Positions 26,983 to 38,499 of a stretch of 64,000 nt of DNA are shown one piece after another. Each line of letters begins with the position of its first letter. The stretch's first letter is position 1. The stretch spans positions 413,456 through 477,455 of the forward strand of contig OY968788.1 in assembly GCA_963695435.1 (NCBI GenBank). Direction: 5' to 3'. The notes under the pieces were generated by a model, which searched no databases, was not told where the DNA came from, and was given only the letters and a program-made list of their open reading frames with translations. The position numbers and the translations under genes were made by a program. Source of the stretch: an uncultured bacterium. GTDB taxonomy: Bacteria; Patescibacteriota; Kazan-3B-28.

Positions 26983-28497
26983 ATGGGGGTAGCGAGTTTA
27001 GCGAAAATTCAGAGTGCGGCAGTAGTTGGATTAGATGCTACTCCAGTCGAAGTTGAGGCAGATATTAGTAATGGTCTGCCGATGTTTAAAATTGTGGGGC
27101 TTCCAGACAAGGCAGTCGAGGAAGCTAAAGAGCGAGTGCGGTCGGCATTGAAAAATTCGGGAATGCATATGCCTGATAGGCGCATTACTGTAAATCTCGC
27201 GCCAGCGGATGTGAAGAAAATCGGACCAGCATATGACCTGCCGATTGCAATTGGACTATTGGTGGCTAGTGAACAACTTCGCCCAATTGAAAGCGCGATG
27301 TTTGTGGGCGAATTAGCGCTGGATGGAGAAATTCGCTCCTGTAGCGGAGTAATTGCAATGTCTGCAATGGCACGGCATTTGGGATATCAAAACTTTTATG
27401 TAGGAGAGAAAAATTCTGCCGAAGCGGCATTGATTCCTAATATCACCGTCTATCCTGTCAAAAATTTGCGAGATTTGATTTATCACTTGCGGGGAGAAAA
27501 AGAAATTGCTCCCGCTCCCCCGACTAAGATTACTATTACCGAAAATGAAAATCCGCACGACCTGAAATTTATCGCGGGACAAGAACAAGCAAAACGAGCG
27601 TTGGAAATTGCGGCGGCTGGCGGACACAACATGCTGATGAGTGGACCTCCGGGAAGTGGGAAAACAATGTTGGCAAAAGCGCTCCCCAGTATTTTACCGC
27701 CAATGACAATGCGCGAGATTTTGGATGTGACGAGAATTTATAGTGTAGTAGGATTGGCAAATGAAAATGCGGTGCAAACTGTTCGACCGTTTAGAAGTCC
27801 GCACCACACCGCTTCGTATGTCGCATTAGTTGGAGGCGGAAATTGGCCTCAACCGGGAGAGATATCTCTGGCTCATCGCGGAGTTTTATTTTTGGATGAG
27901 TTGCCGGAATTTCCTCGACAAGTCTTGGAAGTATTGCGCCAGCCCTTGGAAGACGGATTGGTAAATGTTGCCCGCTCGGCAGGGAAAGTGACTTTTCCTG
28001 CCCGATTTATGCTGGTGGCGGCAAAAAATCCCTGCCCATGCGGATATTACGGCGATACCCAAAAACAATGCACATGTAGTGCGGGACAAATCGCAGGATA
28101 CAACAAAAAGATTTCAGGACCGCTACTTGATAGAATAGACATTCACATTGATGTCCCGCGAGTAGAATATGACAAACTCCGCACTGCCACATTAGCGGAA
28201 GATTCGGCGACTGTTCGGGAACGAGTAGTTCAAGCGCGGAAAATCCAAAACGAAAGATTTGCTGACGCTGGCACAACCACAAATAGTGAAATGTCTGTGG
28301 AACAGGTCAAACAATTCTGCCAGCTCACACCCGACAGCGAAACCTTACTGGAACGAGCAGTGCAGACTTATCACCTCTCCCCTAGAAGTTATATGCGGAT
28401 ATTAAAATTGGCCCGCACCATCGCAGACCTCTCTTCGTCTTTAAATATTGAACCCCAACACCTCGCCGAATCCATCCGCTATAAAATCGTGGAATAA
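26983..28497 (+). CDS. yifB: YifB/ComM-family Mg-chelatase-like AAA+ ATPase.
   Basis: N-terminal Lon-protease-C-like domain. Walker A LMSGPPGSGKTMLAKAL. C-terminal Mg-chelatase ChlI-type domain. Confidence 0.85.
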   Translation: MGVASLAKIQSAAVVGLDATPVEVEADISNGLPMFKIVGLPDKAVEEAKERVRSALKNSGMHMPDRRITVNLAPADVKKIGPAYDLPIAIGLLVASEQLRPIESAMFVGELALDGEIRSCSGVIAMSAMARHLGYQNFYVGEKNSAEAALIPNITVYPVKNLRDLIYHLRGEKEIAPAPPTKITITENENPHDLKFIAGQEQAKRALEIAAAGGHNMLMSGPPGSGKTMLAKALPSILPPMTMREILDVTRIYSVVGLANENAVQTVRPFRSPHHTASYVALVGGGNWPQPGEISLAHRGVLFLDELPEFPRQVLEVLRQPLEDGLVNVARSAGKVTFPARFMLVAAKNPCPCGYYGDTQKQCTCSAGQIAGYNKKISGPLLDRIDIHIDVPRVEYDKLRTATLAEDSATVRERVVQARKIQNERFADAGTTTNSEMSVEQVKQFCQLTPDSETLLERAVQTYHLSPRSYMRILKLARTIADLSSSLNIEPQHLAESIRYKIVE

Positions 28498-28504
28498 AAA
28501 AAAT

Positions 28505-28521
28505 GGCCGCTTCAGGCGGCC
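28505..28521 (-). terminator. Hairpin between convergent yifB and 28512..29477, followed by T7 on the minus strand.
   Basis: ggccgc-ttca-ggcggcc with the minus-gene stop codon in the loop, and aaaaaaa immediately 5' on the plus strand. Confidence 0.5.
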
Positions 28522-29477
28522 AGTCTCAAGGTTCGTCTCTGAAAAGTATTCAGAGTATAAATAACAGATGAAGTTGTCAGCAACGGCTTACCGTAATCAG
28601 CGTTGATGTGCTGAACAAAGCGCGAGTCAACCGCGTCGTGATACGGCACACCAAGAACTGGTAGTGCTCGCCACGAACCATCCGGTCTTTGACTGTTTAT
28701 CAGACAATCAATCATCGCCTCTCCCACCCTGTCATAGCCGGAGTCTCTCATCAACTCAATGGCTAGTACTGCCATTGCCGTAACAAGCGGGTGGTGGCAA
28801 AGTTCCCAATCAAGTTCCGCCTCGGATGTTGGGATTGGTAATGGCGGTAATTGGGATAATGAAATGCCAGATTCGATAGCGAAGGCTGCAGCAGTGACCG
28901 GAGACCAGTACCAGTAGTTGCGATACCCGTTTTCACGAATATGCGACAAGATGTACTGTTCTGTGGTCGCCAGAAGATCACCTGCACCGGGTTCGTTAGC
29001 TTGAAGCGTGACAAGTTTTCTTAGGTTGGTTGCAATTTCCGGGTGAGAGCTAACCCACCCTTCAACCGATTTACCTGGGCGAAGTGTCGTTGCATCAGCT
29101 AAGGTATAGGTTCCGAACCCGCCGTCAGCGTGTTGGATACCGCGTAGATTTTGCAAACTGACAAGAGTGTCTCCCCAGTTGTGCAAAAATCTTGCAGTCT
29201 CCAGTGTGGAGTCCAAGTCGGATACTACCCTATCGTTATAGCCCCAGCCCTTACCGTAGTCAGGGTGCGGCTGCATCCGACTAATCAGAAAGTTGCGCGC
29301 TTTTTCTAGCGCAGACCGGAAAATCTTTGGCAGACGGTTGCCTACCCACGCAGTAGTCCAAGCTTGTGCCGGACCATGACGGAAACCGAAGTCAGCACAC
29401 CAACTTCCATCAGGCTCTTGTGAAGCCAGAAGGAAATCAGTGCCTTTTTCGATTGCGATCTGTAATACTGTAGACAT
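28512..29477 (-). CDS. Prenyltransferase/squalene-oxidase-repeat (alpha/alpha-toroid) protein.
   Basis: Repeated QxPDGSW-type units (LASQEPDGSWCA, LINSQRPDGSWRA) typical of terpene cyclase and prenyltransferase beta-subunit folds. Confidence 0.45.
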   Translation of the reverse strand: MSTVLQIAIEKGTDFLLASQEPDGSWCADFGFRHGPAQAWTTAWVGNRLPKIFRSALEKARNFLISRMQPHPDYGKGWGYNDRVVSDLDSTLETARFLHNWGDTLVSLQNLRGIQHADGGFGTYTLADATTLRPGKSVEGWVSSHPEIATNLRKLVTLQANEPGAGDLLATTEQYILSHIRENGYRNYWYWSPVTAAAFAIESGISLSQLPPLPIPTSEAELDWELCHHPLVTAMAVLAIELMRDSGYDRVGEAMIDCLINSQRPDGSWRALPVLGVPYHDAVDSRFVQHINADYGKPLLTTSSVIYTLNTFQRRTLRLAA

Positions 29478-29746
29478 TATTTTCTCCTCCCATACCAGTG
29501 CATCTGCCAGACCAGACCAGCTGACAAAATAAATCCTGGAATATCGGCGGTGATAATAAACACATCGTGTTTAACCAACCCGTAGATACCCCAGAAAAAG
29601 TAGATGACAGCGGCTGACCACGCTAGATCGGGCGAGAGGCCTTCGCAGCTCTTCCGCTTCCAGTTGAGCCAGATTTGCTTCGGAAGACCCCAAACAATAA
29701 TAGTTAGCGACGCGATGGCCGCTAGAGTACCGAAAAATGACACCAT
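29477..29746 (-). CDS. Small 3-TM membrane protein (hypothetical).
   Basis: Start codon overlaps the stop of 28512..29477. Likely start at MVSFFGTL. Confidence 0.4.
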   Translation of the reverse strand: MVSFFGTLAAIASLTIIVWGLPKQIWLNWKRKSCEGLSPDLAWSAAVIYFFWGIYGLVKHDVFIITADIPGFILSAGLVWQMHWYGRRK

Positions 29747-29867
29747 TGCTGGAGCCCTCCTTTTCCTAGTTTGTCGGGGTGCACAGTGCCCCCGTGTTGT
29801 CTGCACTATACCCTAACTACAAAAAATCCGCAACTGATGTGCTTTTCTGGCCATTGCCACTTTCGTT

Positions 29868-30110
29868 CTCCTACCCCCTGCCATAGGAGGAGGGCTGTAC
29901 TGAATTGAGATAAATTGCCGTCGCGGGGGCATGTTTGAACCCGATAGCTATCGGGTGAGTTTGCCCTTTAAGCGGTAAGGTAATTTATCCAATGAATAAG
30001 CCTGACGACGTGGGCAAGCGGTTTCCGTCGCTTTGACAAGACAAAGCGACAATCGGTCGAGCGCGATTCGGCGCTCGGAAAAAATAACATAAAAAAATGG
30101 CCTTTCGGCC
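29868..30110. repeat. About 250-nt structured intergenic element, copy 1 of 3 (candidate ncRNA or MITE).
   Basis: Shares a 5' block with the other two copies (ccataggaggagggctg versus ccattggaggagggatg). With the copy at 38269 it shares a near-identical core (gcatgtttgaacccgatagctatcgggtgagtttgcc) and a series of hairpins with compensatory substitutions. Confidence 0.6.
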
Positions 30111-30151
30111 TAGATGCTTCGCTCCGCTCGAGCATGACAAAAGAAAATTCC

Positions 30152-30472
30152 CTAGCGGATGCTACTGCCAAGATTCACAATCCAACTCGCCAACGCAGTA
30201 TTATTAACCAACCAATCCAATCCAAATAATAATCCAATCATCACTATCATAAGGATGACGACGAATACTAGGTCGCGGCGGATTACTTTGTAATGCTCGG
30301 GTGTACCGATTGCCATTGTGAACGTCGAACGTTCTCCAGCAGAAGCGATGGGAGTAGCTGAAACGGCTGTACCAGAAATCACCGGTGCTCCGATTGGAGC
30401 AACGGGTTGATTTTGATGGAGTGCGGCAACTTTTTGGAGTTCGCGCAAACGTTTGTTGAGGTTTTTGGACAT
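30152..30472 (-). CDS. Hypothetical small protein with C-terminal TM segment.
   Basis: ORF only, no recognisable domain. Confidence 0.35.
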   Translation of the reverse strand: MSKNLNKRLRELQKVAALHQNQPVAPIGAPVISGTAVSATPIASAGERSTFTMAIGTPEHYKVIRRDLVFVVILMIVMIGLLFGLDWLVNNTALASWIVNLGSSIR

Positions 30473-30547
30473 AAGAATAAGGATGATCCGTAATCCCCAA
30501 CTTGATTGGGGAACTAAACAGAAACAAAAACATTTTCTGTTCTTGTT

Positions 30548-30574
30548 TGGATTCCCGCCTACGCGGGAATGACA
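30548..30574. repeat. Family-2 hairpin repeat.
   Basis: ggattcccgc-cta-cgcgggaatgacaa. Confidence 0.7.
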
Positions 30575-30612
30575 ATTATCTAATTAATAAGGTGTGTCAT
30601 CTTCGGCTTGCA

Positions 30613-30732
30613 ATTCCCGCGACGACCTACTTTGGCAGGACCTTGCGGTCCAACTATCATCGGCGCTGGGGAGCTTAACTTCTCTGTTCGGGATGGGAAG
30701 AGGTGTTGCCTCCCCGCTATCATCACGAGAAT
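30613..30732 (-). rRNA. rrf: 5S ribosomal RNA.
   Basis: Reverse complement contains CCGAAC...AGAAGTTAAGC...AGCGCCGATGATAGT at canonical 5S positions. Helix I pairs ATTCTCGTGA with TCGCGGGAAT. About 120 nt. Confidence 0.85.
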
Positions 30733-30779
30733 TCCAAGCCCAAGAGAAACTTGGGTCATCAATTCAATTTACCAATGTG

Positions 30780-31070
30780 TTATTTCTTACTGAAGAATGT
30801 ACGAATCTTTTTCACATCTTCATACGAATCTATCATCAGCACCAGCATTTCAGCGCTGGCTAACCACATAATTGTCAGAATAAATGTCACCAGCAATACA
30901 ACGAATCCGGTAACAATTGGCGAATGCAAAACGAGTGGCATATGCAACTGCATAATCCAAGTGTTATTGATAAATGAAGCGGCGGCCAAGACAATTCCAA
31001 AAATGAAAGTCAGCCAGCCGAGGCCAATAAACACATAGATCATTGCACGAAGCATTTTGAATTGATTCAT
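30780..31070 (-). CDS. ORF for a hydrophobic 96-aa protein inside the 23S-5S spacer. May be spurious.
   Basis: Three predicted TM helices, no Shine-Dalgarno. Sits within the rRNA operon on the same strand. Confidence 0.2.
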   Translation of the reverse strand: MNQFKMLRAMIYVFIGLGWLTFIFGIVLAAASFINNTWIMQLHMPLVLHSPIVTGFVVLLVTFILTIMWLASAEMLVLMIDSYEDVKKIRTFFSKK

Positions 31071-31307
31071 AACATCAATGAAGTTATTTTTACTTATTTA
31101 GCATAAGCCAAAACAACCAATTTTTCCAATGGTTTCCTTAGATCACCGATCTAAGATAAAGCACTAAACTACAAAAGCGAAAAAGCGATTGGCCTATTAG
31201 TACAACTCGGCTGAACGTATTACTACGCTTACACCTGTTGCCTATCAACCAAGTGGTCTACTTGGGGCCTTGCGTCCTTACGGACATGGAAATTGATTTT
31301 GAAGTAT

Positions 31308-31338
<31 letters not shown>

Positions 31339-31477
31339 ATTTCCATACGTAGCTACTCGACAATGCTCTTGGTAGAACAGCCGATACACCAGCGGTATGT
31401 TCACTGAGGTCCTCTCGTACTATCAGCGACTCTCCTCAAATTTCCTCCATCCACAGCAGATAGAGACCGAACTGTCT

Positions 31478-32236
31478 CACGCATGATTGTCCATTATTAC
31501 TAATGGCATAGACTATATCTTCATCCTTTCTGCCCACCGGCAGAGGAGGAGGTGGCGTGTGATAGCGATGATTAACTTTGCGCTATCTCATCAACCCATT
31601 TTGCTTTTAATGAATTGAATCAGTCGTTACGGGGAACGAGTTTATGTTCTTGCAGAAATTGTTTGACCGTTGCTTGTGTGGTCGTGCGTTTCTTGGAGTA
31701 ATTATACTTTGCGGTTTCGTCCACAAGCTTTGCTCTTTTAAGCAATTCTTGGGGCGAGATTCTTTCGTACGAAGAGCCAATTCCTAGCAAACATAAAGCA
31801 ATAACTTTTTGCGCTAGGACTTGTTTCAGCCGTAAATACGGAAGCAACTTGGTTAAAACTTCGTAGACCGGCTGATACCCGACAATCGTGTATTCAGCCA
31901 TATGGTCATTACGAATACGAACATACCCATACTTCAGTTGGCTTTTTAGCCATTCGAGAAAGTCTTTTCTTTCTTCTTTTTGATAAAAGACAATACTAAC
32001 TCGAATCTGATAACCATAGATATATCCGCTACGTTTCACTAGTTGCGCCATAATGCAACCATCTCCGTCTAAGAATCCCGCAATGTAAGCAAGTAATTTT
32101 TCTGCCATAATCTCGATCTTCCCTCGGAATTGCCCTCTTTTCGTTCGGTAAGAGAAAAGTAGGGTTTCTCCGATACAGCCACGTTTATTGTACCGCATTT
32201 CTGCGGTAGAACGCAATGTGATTTACGTTCTGAACC
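31478..32236 (-). mobile_element. Group I intron 1 in 23S (domain V, between GACCGAACTGTCTCACG and ACGTTCTGAACCCAGC) carrying a LAGLIDADG gene.
   Basis: Exon sequence is continuous across the insertion when compared with the 23S consensus. Contains a group-I S-like element (aagatatagtct in RNA sense) and the shared cagtcgttacgggg block. Confidence 0.75.
31620..32216 (-). CDS. LAGLIDADG homing endonuclease (intron-encoded).
   Basis: [19 protein letters not shown] motif, about 200-aa single-motif family. Embedded in 23S intron 1. Confidence 0.8.
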   Translation of the reverse strand: MRSTAEMRYNKRGCIGETLLFSYRTKRGQFRGKIEIMAEKLLAYIAGFLDGDGCIMAQLVKRSGYIYGYQIRVSIVFYQKEERKDFLEWLKSQLKYGYVRIRNDHMAEYTIVGYQPVYEVLTKLLPYLRLKQVLAQKVIALCLLGIGSSYERISPQELLKRAKLVDETAKYNYSKKRTTTQATVKQFLQEHKLVPRND

Positions 32237-32247
32237 CAGCTCGCGTG

Positions 32248-32279
<32 letters not shown>

Positions 32280-32318
32280 AACCTGCTCCAGCTCCAGGAT
32301 GTGACGGGCCGACATCGT

Positions 32319-32608
32319 ACATAATTCCATAGTTTCATATGGTGTAGACTATATCTTCATCCTATCGCAAACCTTAGGTCTAATGGCCATAGTCTTGCTT
32401 TAATGTGATAGGAGGCGGCGTATTACCCTATTTTTGATAATAGAGTTTCCTCTTTCGAGTCAGTCGTTACGGGGTTAATTTTTGCATAGCAAAAATAACT
32501 TCCCACGGTATTGCCCTTCATCTTTTTTGTATACCACTGATGAGTAGGGTTTCACCGTTATAAGCCGCATTTTTGGTATGAGATTGCTCTCATAGCACCC
32601 CAATGTAT
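32319..32608 (-). mobile_element. Group I intron 2 in 23S (between GACATCG and AGGTGCCAAAC). No ORF.
   Basis: About 290-nt insertion. Shares agactatatcttcatc and cagtcgttacgggg blocks with introns 1 and 3. Confidence 0.65.
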
Positions 32609-32649
32609 TAAGGTGCCAAACCAGACCGTCGATATGGACTCTTGGGTCT

Positions 32650-32688
<39 letters not shown>

Positions 32689-33160
32689 GCTTCGGCGCAC
32701 CCATGTGCAACCGTCGGATCACTATATCCTGCTTTCGCATCTGCTTGACTTGTAGGTCTCGCAGTTAAGCTCCCATATACTATTGCGCTATCATCCCGAT
32801 TTCCATCCGGGATTAGGGAACCTTTGAACGCCTCCGTTACATTTTAGGAGGCAACCGCCCCAGTTAAACTACCCGCCAAACGCTGTTCTCCCACCAGATA
32901 ATGGTAAGGAGTTAGAATTAAAAATGTGCTAGGGTGGTATTTCACCGTTGACTCGCCGATGGCTAGCGCCACCGGGTCATAGTCTCCCACCTATCCTACA
33001 CAAACAAATTTCTAACCCAACGCCAGGCTGTAGTAAAGCTCCACGGGGTCTTTTTGTCTTGCTGCGGAAATCCGGCATCTTCACCGGCAATGTAGTTTCG
33101 CCGAGTCCCTCGTTGAGACAGTCTTCAGACCGTTATGCTATTCGTGCGGGTCGGAACTTC

Positions 33161-33506
<346 letters not shown>

Positions 33507-34376
33507 AGGGCTTAGATTCAAAGCTGCACCTTGCGGTTGACCTCTCCTCTTGACCTACTGGCACTGGGCAAGCATCAGTCCCTATACGTCATCTTTCGAT
33601 TTAGCAGAGACCTGAGTTTTTGTTAAACAGTCGCCTGAAGTCTTTAGCTGCGGCCTGTCTTGCGACAGGCAATCCTTATTCCAAAGTTACGGATGATTTT
33701 TTGCCGAGTTCCTTAACGAGGGTTCTCTCGTACGCCTGAGGCTACTCGCCCTATCCACCTGTGTCGGTTTCGGTACGGATGCTTTGAAGTCTCGCTAGAA
33801 GTTTTTCTTGTCAGTCTGGATCAATCGAATCGTCTCATCCCGAAGGAATCAACTTTCCCACAGCTTGGGTTCGGTCCGATAAATCGGACCAGTCTCCCGG
33901 ATTTGCCTAAGAGACACCTTAACTGCTTAGACTCGGAAACCTGTCCGAGCTCAACCTACCAGTCCGCGTCACTCCATTGCTAAACGCGCGAGCCAGCGAA
34001 ACCGACATTTACTTCACCTTGCGGCAAAGCAATCATTCGGCTCACCAATTCGCTTGTTTTGGTCGACTTCAACGCAGTACAGGAATATTAACCTGTTGTC
34101 CATCGCTTACGCCTTGCGGCCTCAGCTTAGGTCCGACTAACCCTGAGACGAAAACCGTTGCCCAGGAAACCTCGGATAAATCGGCGTCGAAGGTTTTCAC
34201 TTCGATCTCGCTACTCGTGCCAACATTCTCACTTCTATGCGCTCCACCCAACCTCACAGTTGAACTTCACTGCAGCATAGAACGCTCCCCTACCACTGCC
34301 ATCTTGCGATGACAATTCGTATCTTCGGTATCCAACTTAGCCCCGTTACATTTTCGGCGCAGACACACATCGACCA

Positions 34377-34433
<57 letters not shown>

Positions 34434-34929
34434 TAATGTGTCTCCACTTCCTTTCACACTTAGTTGGAATTAGGGACCTTAGATGACGATCTGGGCTGTT
34501 TCCCTTTTGATTTACGACGCTTAGCCGCCGTTTTCTGACTCCCAGGCTTTAACCGGTCAGTATTCGGAGTTTAATTGGACGTGGTACCTTGCGGCCCAAA
34601 TCCATTCAGTAGCTCTACCACTGCCGGGAACGCTCTGAGGCTATACCTAAATATATTTCGGGGAGAACCAGCTATCTCTGAGTTCGATTGGCATTTCACC
34701 TCTAACCACAGTTCATCCCCCCACTTTTCAACGTAGGTGGGTGCGGCCCTCCACTGCTTTTTACGGCAGCTTCGGCCTGACCATGGTTAGCTCACTCAGT
34801 TTCGGGTCTAATCCCTGCCACTTCAATCGCGCTATTCGCACTTGCTTTCGCTTCGGCTCCTCTGTCTAAACAGATTAGCCTTGCGGCAGAGATTAACTCG
34901 TTGGCTCATTCTACAAAAGGCACGCCGTC

Positions 34930-35207
34930 GCCCCGCCAATTTAAAGCTCGTATCTAGACGTTGTTTCAGTCTTGTCCACGTGGTTCCATAGTTCTTCAAC
35001 ACTAACTCGCGTTTGCGAGCAGCGTGAGGATCTTGATACGCCTCGTAATAGACAAGTTCATATGCACCACGTTTCTGATGTTCAGACAACCTGCGACGCA
35101 AATCGGGCGTTTGCCCGATGTACGGTTTTCCAGTGTCAGCATTTATCAGTACGTAAAGATAATGCATAAATTAATTATACGTCCATACCAACTCTAAATT
35201 GGCGGGG
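34930..35207 (-). mobile_element. Insertion in the 23S helix-25 region: a 19-bp-arm palindromic element (cccgccaatttaaagctcg/agctctaaattggcggg) carrying a GIY-YIG gene. Likely an RNase III-excised intervening sequence.
   Basis: The arms form a perfect extended stem replacing the helix-25 tip. An empty 48-bp copy of the same palindrome is at 35692..35739. Confidence 0.6.
34945..35167 (-). CDS. GIY-YIG nuclease (YhbQ-like) encoded inside the 23S helix-25 insertion.
   Basis: HYLYVLINADTGKPYIGQTPDLRRRLSEH. The ORF-track C-terminal extension (to 34832) is read-through into the palindrome arm and rRNA. Confidence 0.7.
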
Positions 35208-35265
35208 CTCCGACTCTTAAACGAACACACGGTTTCAGGTACTATTTCACTCCCCTCACAGGGGG

Positions 35266-35305
<40 letters not shown>

Positions 35306-35691
35306 GAGAAATGATATTTAGCCTTACCAGATGGTCCTGGCAGTTTCCGGCAGGATTTCACGGGTCCCACCGTACTTAAGAAAGAATATATCAGAGTGAT
35401 TTGCTTTTCGTTTACGGGACTTTCACCCTCTATGGTTACCCTTTCCAGGGACCTTCAACTAAGCAAACCATTTTTGACTCCTGAGTCGGTTCTACTGTCC
35501 GACAAAATATTCCCCTTGCAACCCTCTCCTACACAACGCCAGTAGGCTATAAGTGTAAGAAAGTTTAGGCTCTTCCCTTTTCGCTCGCCGCTACTAAGGG
35601 AATAAACATTTGTTCTATTTTCCTCGTGTTACTAAGATGTTTCAGTTCACACGGTTCCCTCCTCACTATCTATGTATTCAATAGTGGGTTC

Positions 35692-35739
35692 CCGCCAATT
35701 TAAAGCTCGTATAAAAACCAGCTCTAAATTGGCGGGAGG
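35692..35739. repeat. Empty copy of the 23S-embedded palindrome (cccgccaatttaaagctcg-tataaaaacc-agctctaaattggcggg) within 23S domain I.
   Basis: Replaces a short native hairpin. Both copies begin the loop with tat. Confidence 0.7.
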
Positions 35740-36298
35740 ATTACTCCATTCGGACATTCCCGGATCAGCGGGTGTTTGGCCCCTCCCCGAGACTTTTCGC
35801 AGCCTACTACGTCCTTCTTCGGTCATTTCTCCCAAGGCATCCACCGAGTGCTCTTATGTAGCTTGATCGCTTTTGTTTTCTTAATAAGGCTAGTGCCTTA
35901 TAACTTAAATCGGCGATTTAAGAAAACCATTGCTTTCATTTTTTCATTGATGCCCAAGTTGTCAATGAACCAAATTTCCAAAATCGTTACTGAAAAAACT
36001 CAAAAAAATAGCAGGGATCACCCTGCTTGTGCGAGAACCAATTTAGGTCCGCTTTATGCAGGCGTGAAAGTTAACAAATTCAAATCAGCCGTGTTGGTGT
36101 AACTGGAAAGACTAATATATATGTAGGTGTAACTCAAACGCTTAATTAGTGAGTGATATATAGCTGATATTCAGCTAGTTGGTATTCTATAATATATCCA
36201 AAATCAACGCAAGAGGTTTTCGCCATTTTGTGGGGCAAAAGTCAAGGCAAGGCCGATTTATATCTGGAAATAAGGTTAGACTGGTACAATAAACCCGT

Positions 36299-36568
36299 AT
36301 GGAAGATTTGAAAAAGTCCCTAGAGACTAAGAAATACCAGAGGAATCCCCACCTCCACTCGGAGCTTCATTTGCTGGTGGATGAGGTACGGCGGAAGTTC
36401 GGAGAAACGGCCACTAAGGGAGTTGGCTCGTTCAGTTTTTACTTAGGATTTTTTAAGCGGTTAGGGGTACAAAAAGTCCGCCGAATTCTGGCGGAGATAG
36501 AACAAGCTAACGTGGACCATCCAGAGAAATTATTTTGGTGGAAAGTAAAACAGGAATCAAAGAAGTAG
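36299..36568 (+). CDS. Hypothetical protein (89 aa).
   Basis: ORF only. Confidence 0.35.
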   Translation: MEDLKKSLETKKYQRNPHLHSELHLLVDEVRRKFGETATKGVGSFSFYLGFFKRLGVQKVRRILAEIEQANVDHPEKLFWWKVKQESKK

Positions 36569-36577
36569 AATATAAGT

Positions 36578-37084
36578 ATGAAGAAAAAGATATTACTTGG
36601 AGAAGTAAAAGAAGAAGTGGCGGGTTTGCGAAAAATCAGCAAACCGGTCGCAGTCGTTGATAATGAAACACGCAAGTTAGTTGTGGATATGTTTGATTCT
36701 ATGCACGGCGATAATGGCATTGGACTTTCCGCTCCGCAACTTGGCGTACTGCAAAGAATTATTGTTGCGGAATATAAAGAAGCAAAACCAGCGGTGCCAA
36801 AAACCGTAATTATCAACCCAAAAATTACTTGGAGTTCGAAACAAATGGTACTCGACGAGGAAGGGTGTTTGTCGTTCCCGAATTTATACGGAATGGTGCT
36901 ACGCTCGGAAAAAATTAAATACAGTGGTTTGGATGAAAACGGAAAAAAGATTGAAGGAAAAGTTAGTGGACTTTTGGCACGAATTATCCAACACGAGTAC
37001 GACCATCTCGACGGAACACTATTTATAGACAAAGTCGAGGGCGACCTCTACACCTACGAAAAAGAAGATGGAAAAGCGTTATAG
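36578..37084 (+). CDS. def: Peptide deformylase.
   Basis: GLSAPQLG, EGCLSFP, QHEYDHLDG motifs. Confidence 0.95.
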   Translation: MKKKILLGEVKEEVAGLRKISKPVAVVDNETRKLVVDMFDSMHGDNGIGLSAPQLGVLQRIIVAEYKEAKPAVPKTVIINPKITWSSKQMVLDEEGCLSFPNLYGMVLRSEKIKYSGLDENGKKIEGKVSGLLARIIQHEYDHLDGTLFIDKVEGDLYTYEKEDGKAL

Positions 37085-38000
37085 AGTTGTCTTTATGGGA
37101 ACGCCGGAGTTTGCTGTGCCTTCTTTGCAGGCACTTTTAGCAGACGAACGATTTGAAATTGTCGCCGTTGTCACCCAGCCAGATAAACCGGTAGGGAGAA
37201 AACAGATTATTACCCCGTCCCCTGTCAAAGTGGTGGTGGAGGGAAAAGGAATCGCAGTTCTTCAACCTAGCAAAGTAAAAACTAATTCTGATTTTTGGAC
37301 TGAACTTCGGGAGCTGAATCCTGATGTAATTGTGGTTGCCGCCTACGGAAAGATTTTGCCGCAGGAAGTTTTGGATATCCCAGAAAAAGGCATCGTGAAT
37401 GTTCATGCATCATTTTTACCTAAATACCGCGGAGCTTCGCCGATTTCTGCCAGTATTTTAAATGGCGACTTTGAGACCGGTGTGACAATTATGAAAATGG
37501 AACTTGCTATGGATACAGGAGAGATTATTGCTCAAAGCCCGCCTGTCGCAATCTCCCCCACCGATACCACCGAAACACTTACAAAAAAATTAGCAGAAGT
37601 GGGGGCACAAACATTGGCTGAAACTTTGCCGAAATATTTGGATGGTGAAATCACGCTCACTTCGCAAGATGAATCTCAAGCGACTTATGTAAAACCTATC
37701 AGCAAAGAAGAAGGGCTGATTGATTGGAATAATGAAGAAGATTATATTTCCCGCCAAGTGCGCGCTTATTCCCCATGGCCAAGCGCATACACAAATTGGC
37801 AGGGGCAGATGATGAAGATTCTATCCGCCGAAGTAAATCCGTCAGTCGAAAATTCAAAAGGCACAATTGCCAAAATCGACGGACAGCTTTACATCGGCAA
37901 ACTAAAAATCAGTCAACTACAGTTGTCTGGCCGGAAACCTTCGGATGGAAAAGCATTTTTGGCAGGTTATCCACAGAGCATCGGTCAAAGCTTGATATAA
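37068..38000 (+). CDS. fmt: Methionyl-tRNA formyltransferase.
   Basis: VFMGTPEFAVPSL N-terminus, formyltransferase core (NVHASFLPKYRG), C-terminal domain. Overlaps the def stop. Confidence 0.95.
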   Translation: MEKRYRVVFMGTPEFAVPSLQALLADERFEIVAVVTQPDKPVGRKQIITPSPVKVVVEGKGIAVLQPSKVKTNSDFWTELRELNPDVIVVAAYGKILPQEVLDIPEKGIVNVHASFLPKYRGASPISASILNGDFETGVTIMKMELAMDTGEIIAQSPPVAISPTDTTETLTKKLAEVGAQTLAETLPKYLDGEITLTSQDESQATYVKPISKEEGLIDWNNEEDYISRQVRAYSPWPSAYTNWQGQMMKILSAEVNPSVENSKGTIAKIDGQLYIGKLKISQLQLSGRKPSDGKAFLAGYPQSIGQSLI

Positions 38001-38061
38001 TGTAAGTGGTCTTATTTTGCACACTACAAGTCATATTAAATAAAGAGGAGGGAGGCCCAAC

Positions 38062-38205
38062 ATGGCATATCTCTATCTCTTAATCGGTATTGTGGACCTG
38101 ATTTTGGTCTTCATTAACCGTGATTGGGGCTTCACATTAGCTGTGGTGCTTGGCATCATCTATGTGATTTTCGGTCTGTACGAAGTCTTTATGCCCCGCA
38201 AATAG
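38062..38205 (+). CDS. Small membrane protein (47 aa, hypothetical).
   Basis: Strong SD (gaggagggagg) 7 nt upstream. Two hydrophobic helices. Followed by hairpin taaaatcccgtgtaaacgggatttta. Confidence 0.45.
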   Translation: MAYLYLLIGIVDLILVFINRDWGFTLAVVLGIIYVIFGLYEVFMPRK

Positions 38206-38268
38206 GACTTATCCAGTTCTTATAGGATCCTAGTTAAAATCCCGTGTAAACGGGATTTTAATTTGTGC

Positions 38269-38498
38269 CTCTCCTATCCGCCATTGGAGGAGGGATGTAT
38301 TGAGCCAACAAAATTAGCGCAGGCGAAGGCATGTTTGAACCCGATGGCTATCGGGTGAGTTTGCCGATAGCGAAGAAAGCTAATTTTGTTAGGCGAACAA
38401 TCCCGACGACTGGCGGGACGGTTTGGTTACTTTGCCAAGACAAAGTAACCGCGGTACAAGGGTCGCGCAGACCCTTGAAAAGAAAAACAAAAAGAAAA
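38269..38498. repeat. About 250-nt structured intergenic element, copy 2 of 3.
   Basis: See copy 1. ggttactttgccaagacaaagtaacc hairpin covaries with gtcgctttgacaagacaaagcgac (copy 1) and ggttactttcctcaagcggaaagtaac (copy 3). Confidence 0.6.
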
Positions 38499-38499
38499 T

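Noticed and set aside
29868-30110. Whether the three-copy structured element is RNase P RNA, SRP RNA, tmRNA or 6S RNA.
   Set aside because: None of the universal motifs are present (RNase P GGAAAGUCCGGGC / ACAGAACCCGGCUUA, the SRP domain IV GGAA tetraloop context, tmRNA tRNA-like ends with tag ORF). Those RNAs are single-copy. Left as an unclassified element.
35870-36298. A 16S rRNA gene or convincing sigma-70 promoter upstream of the 23S.
   Set aside because: No 16S-like conserved blocks on either strand. Candidate -35/-10 pairs have wrong spacing. The rRNA promoter was left unannotated.
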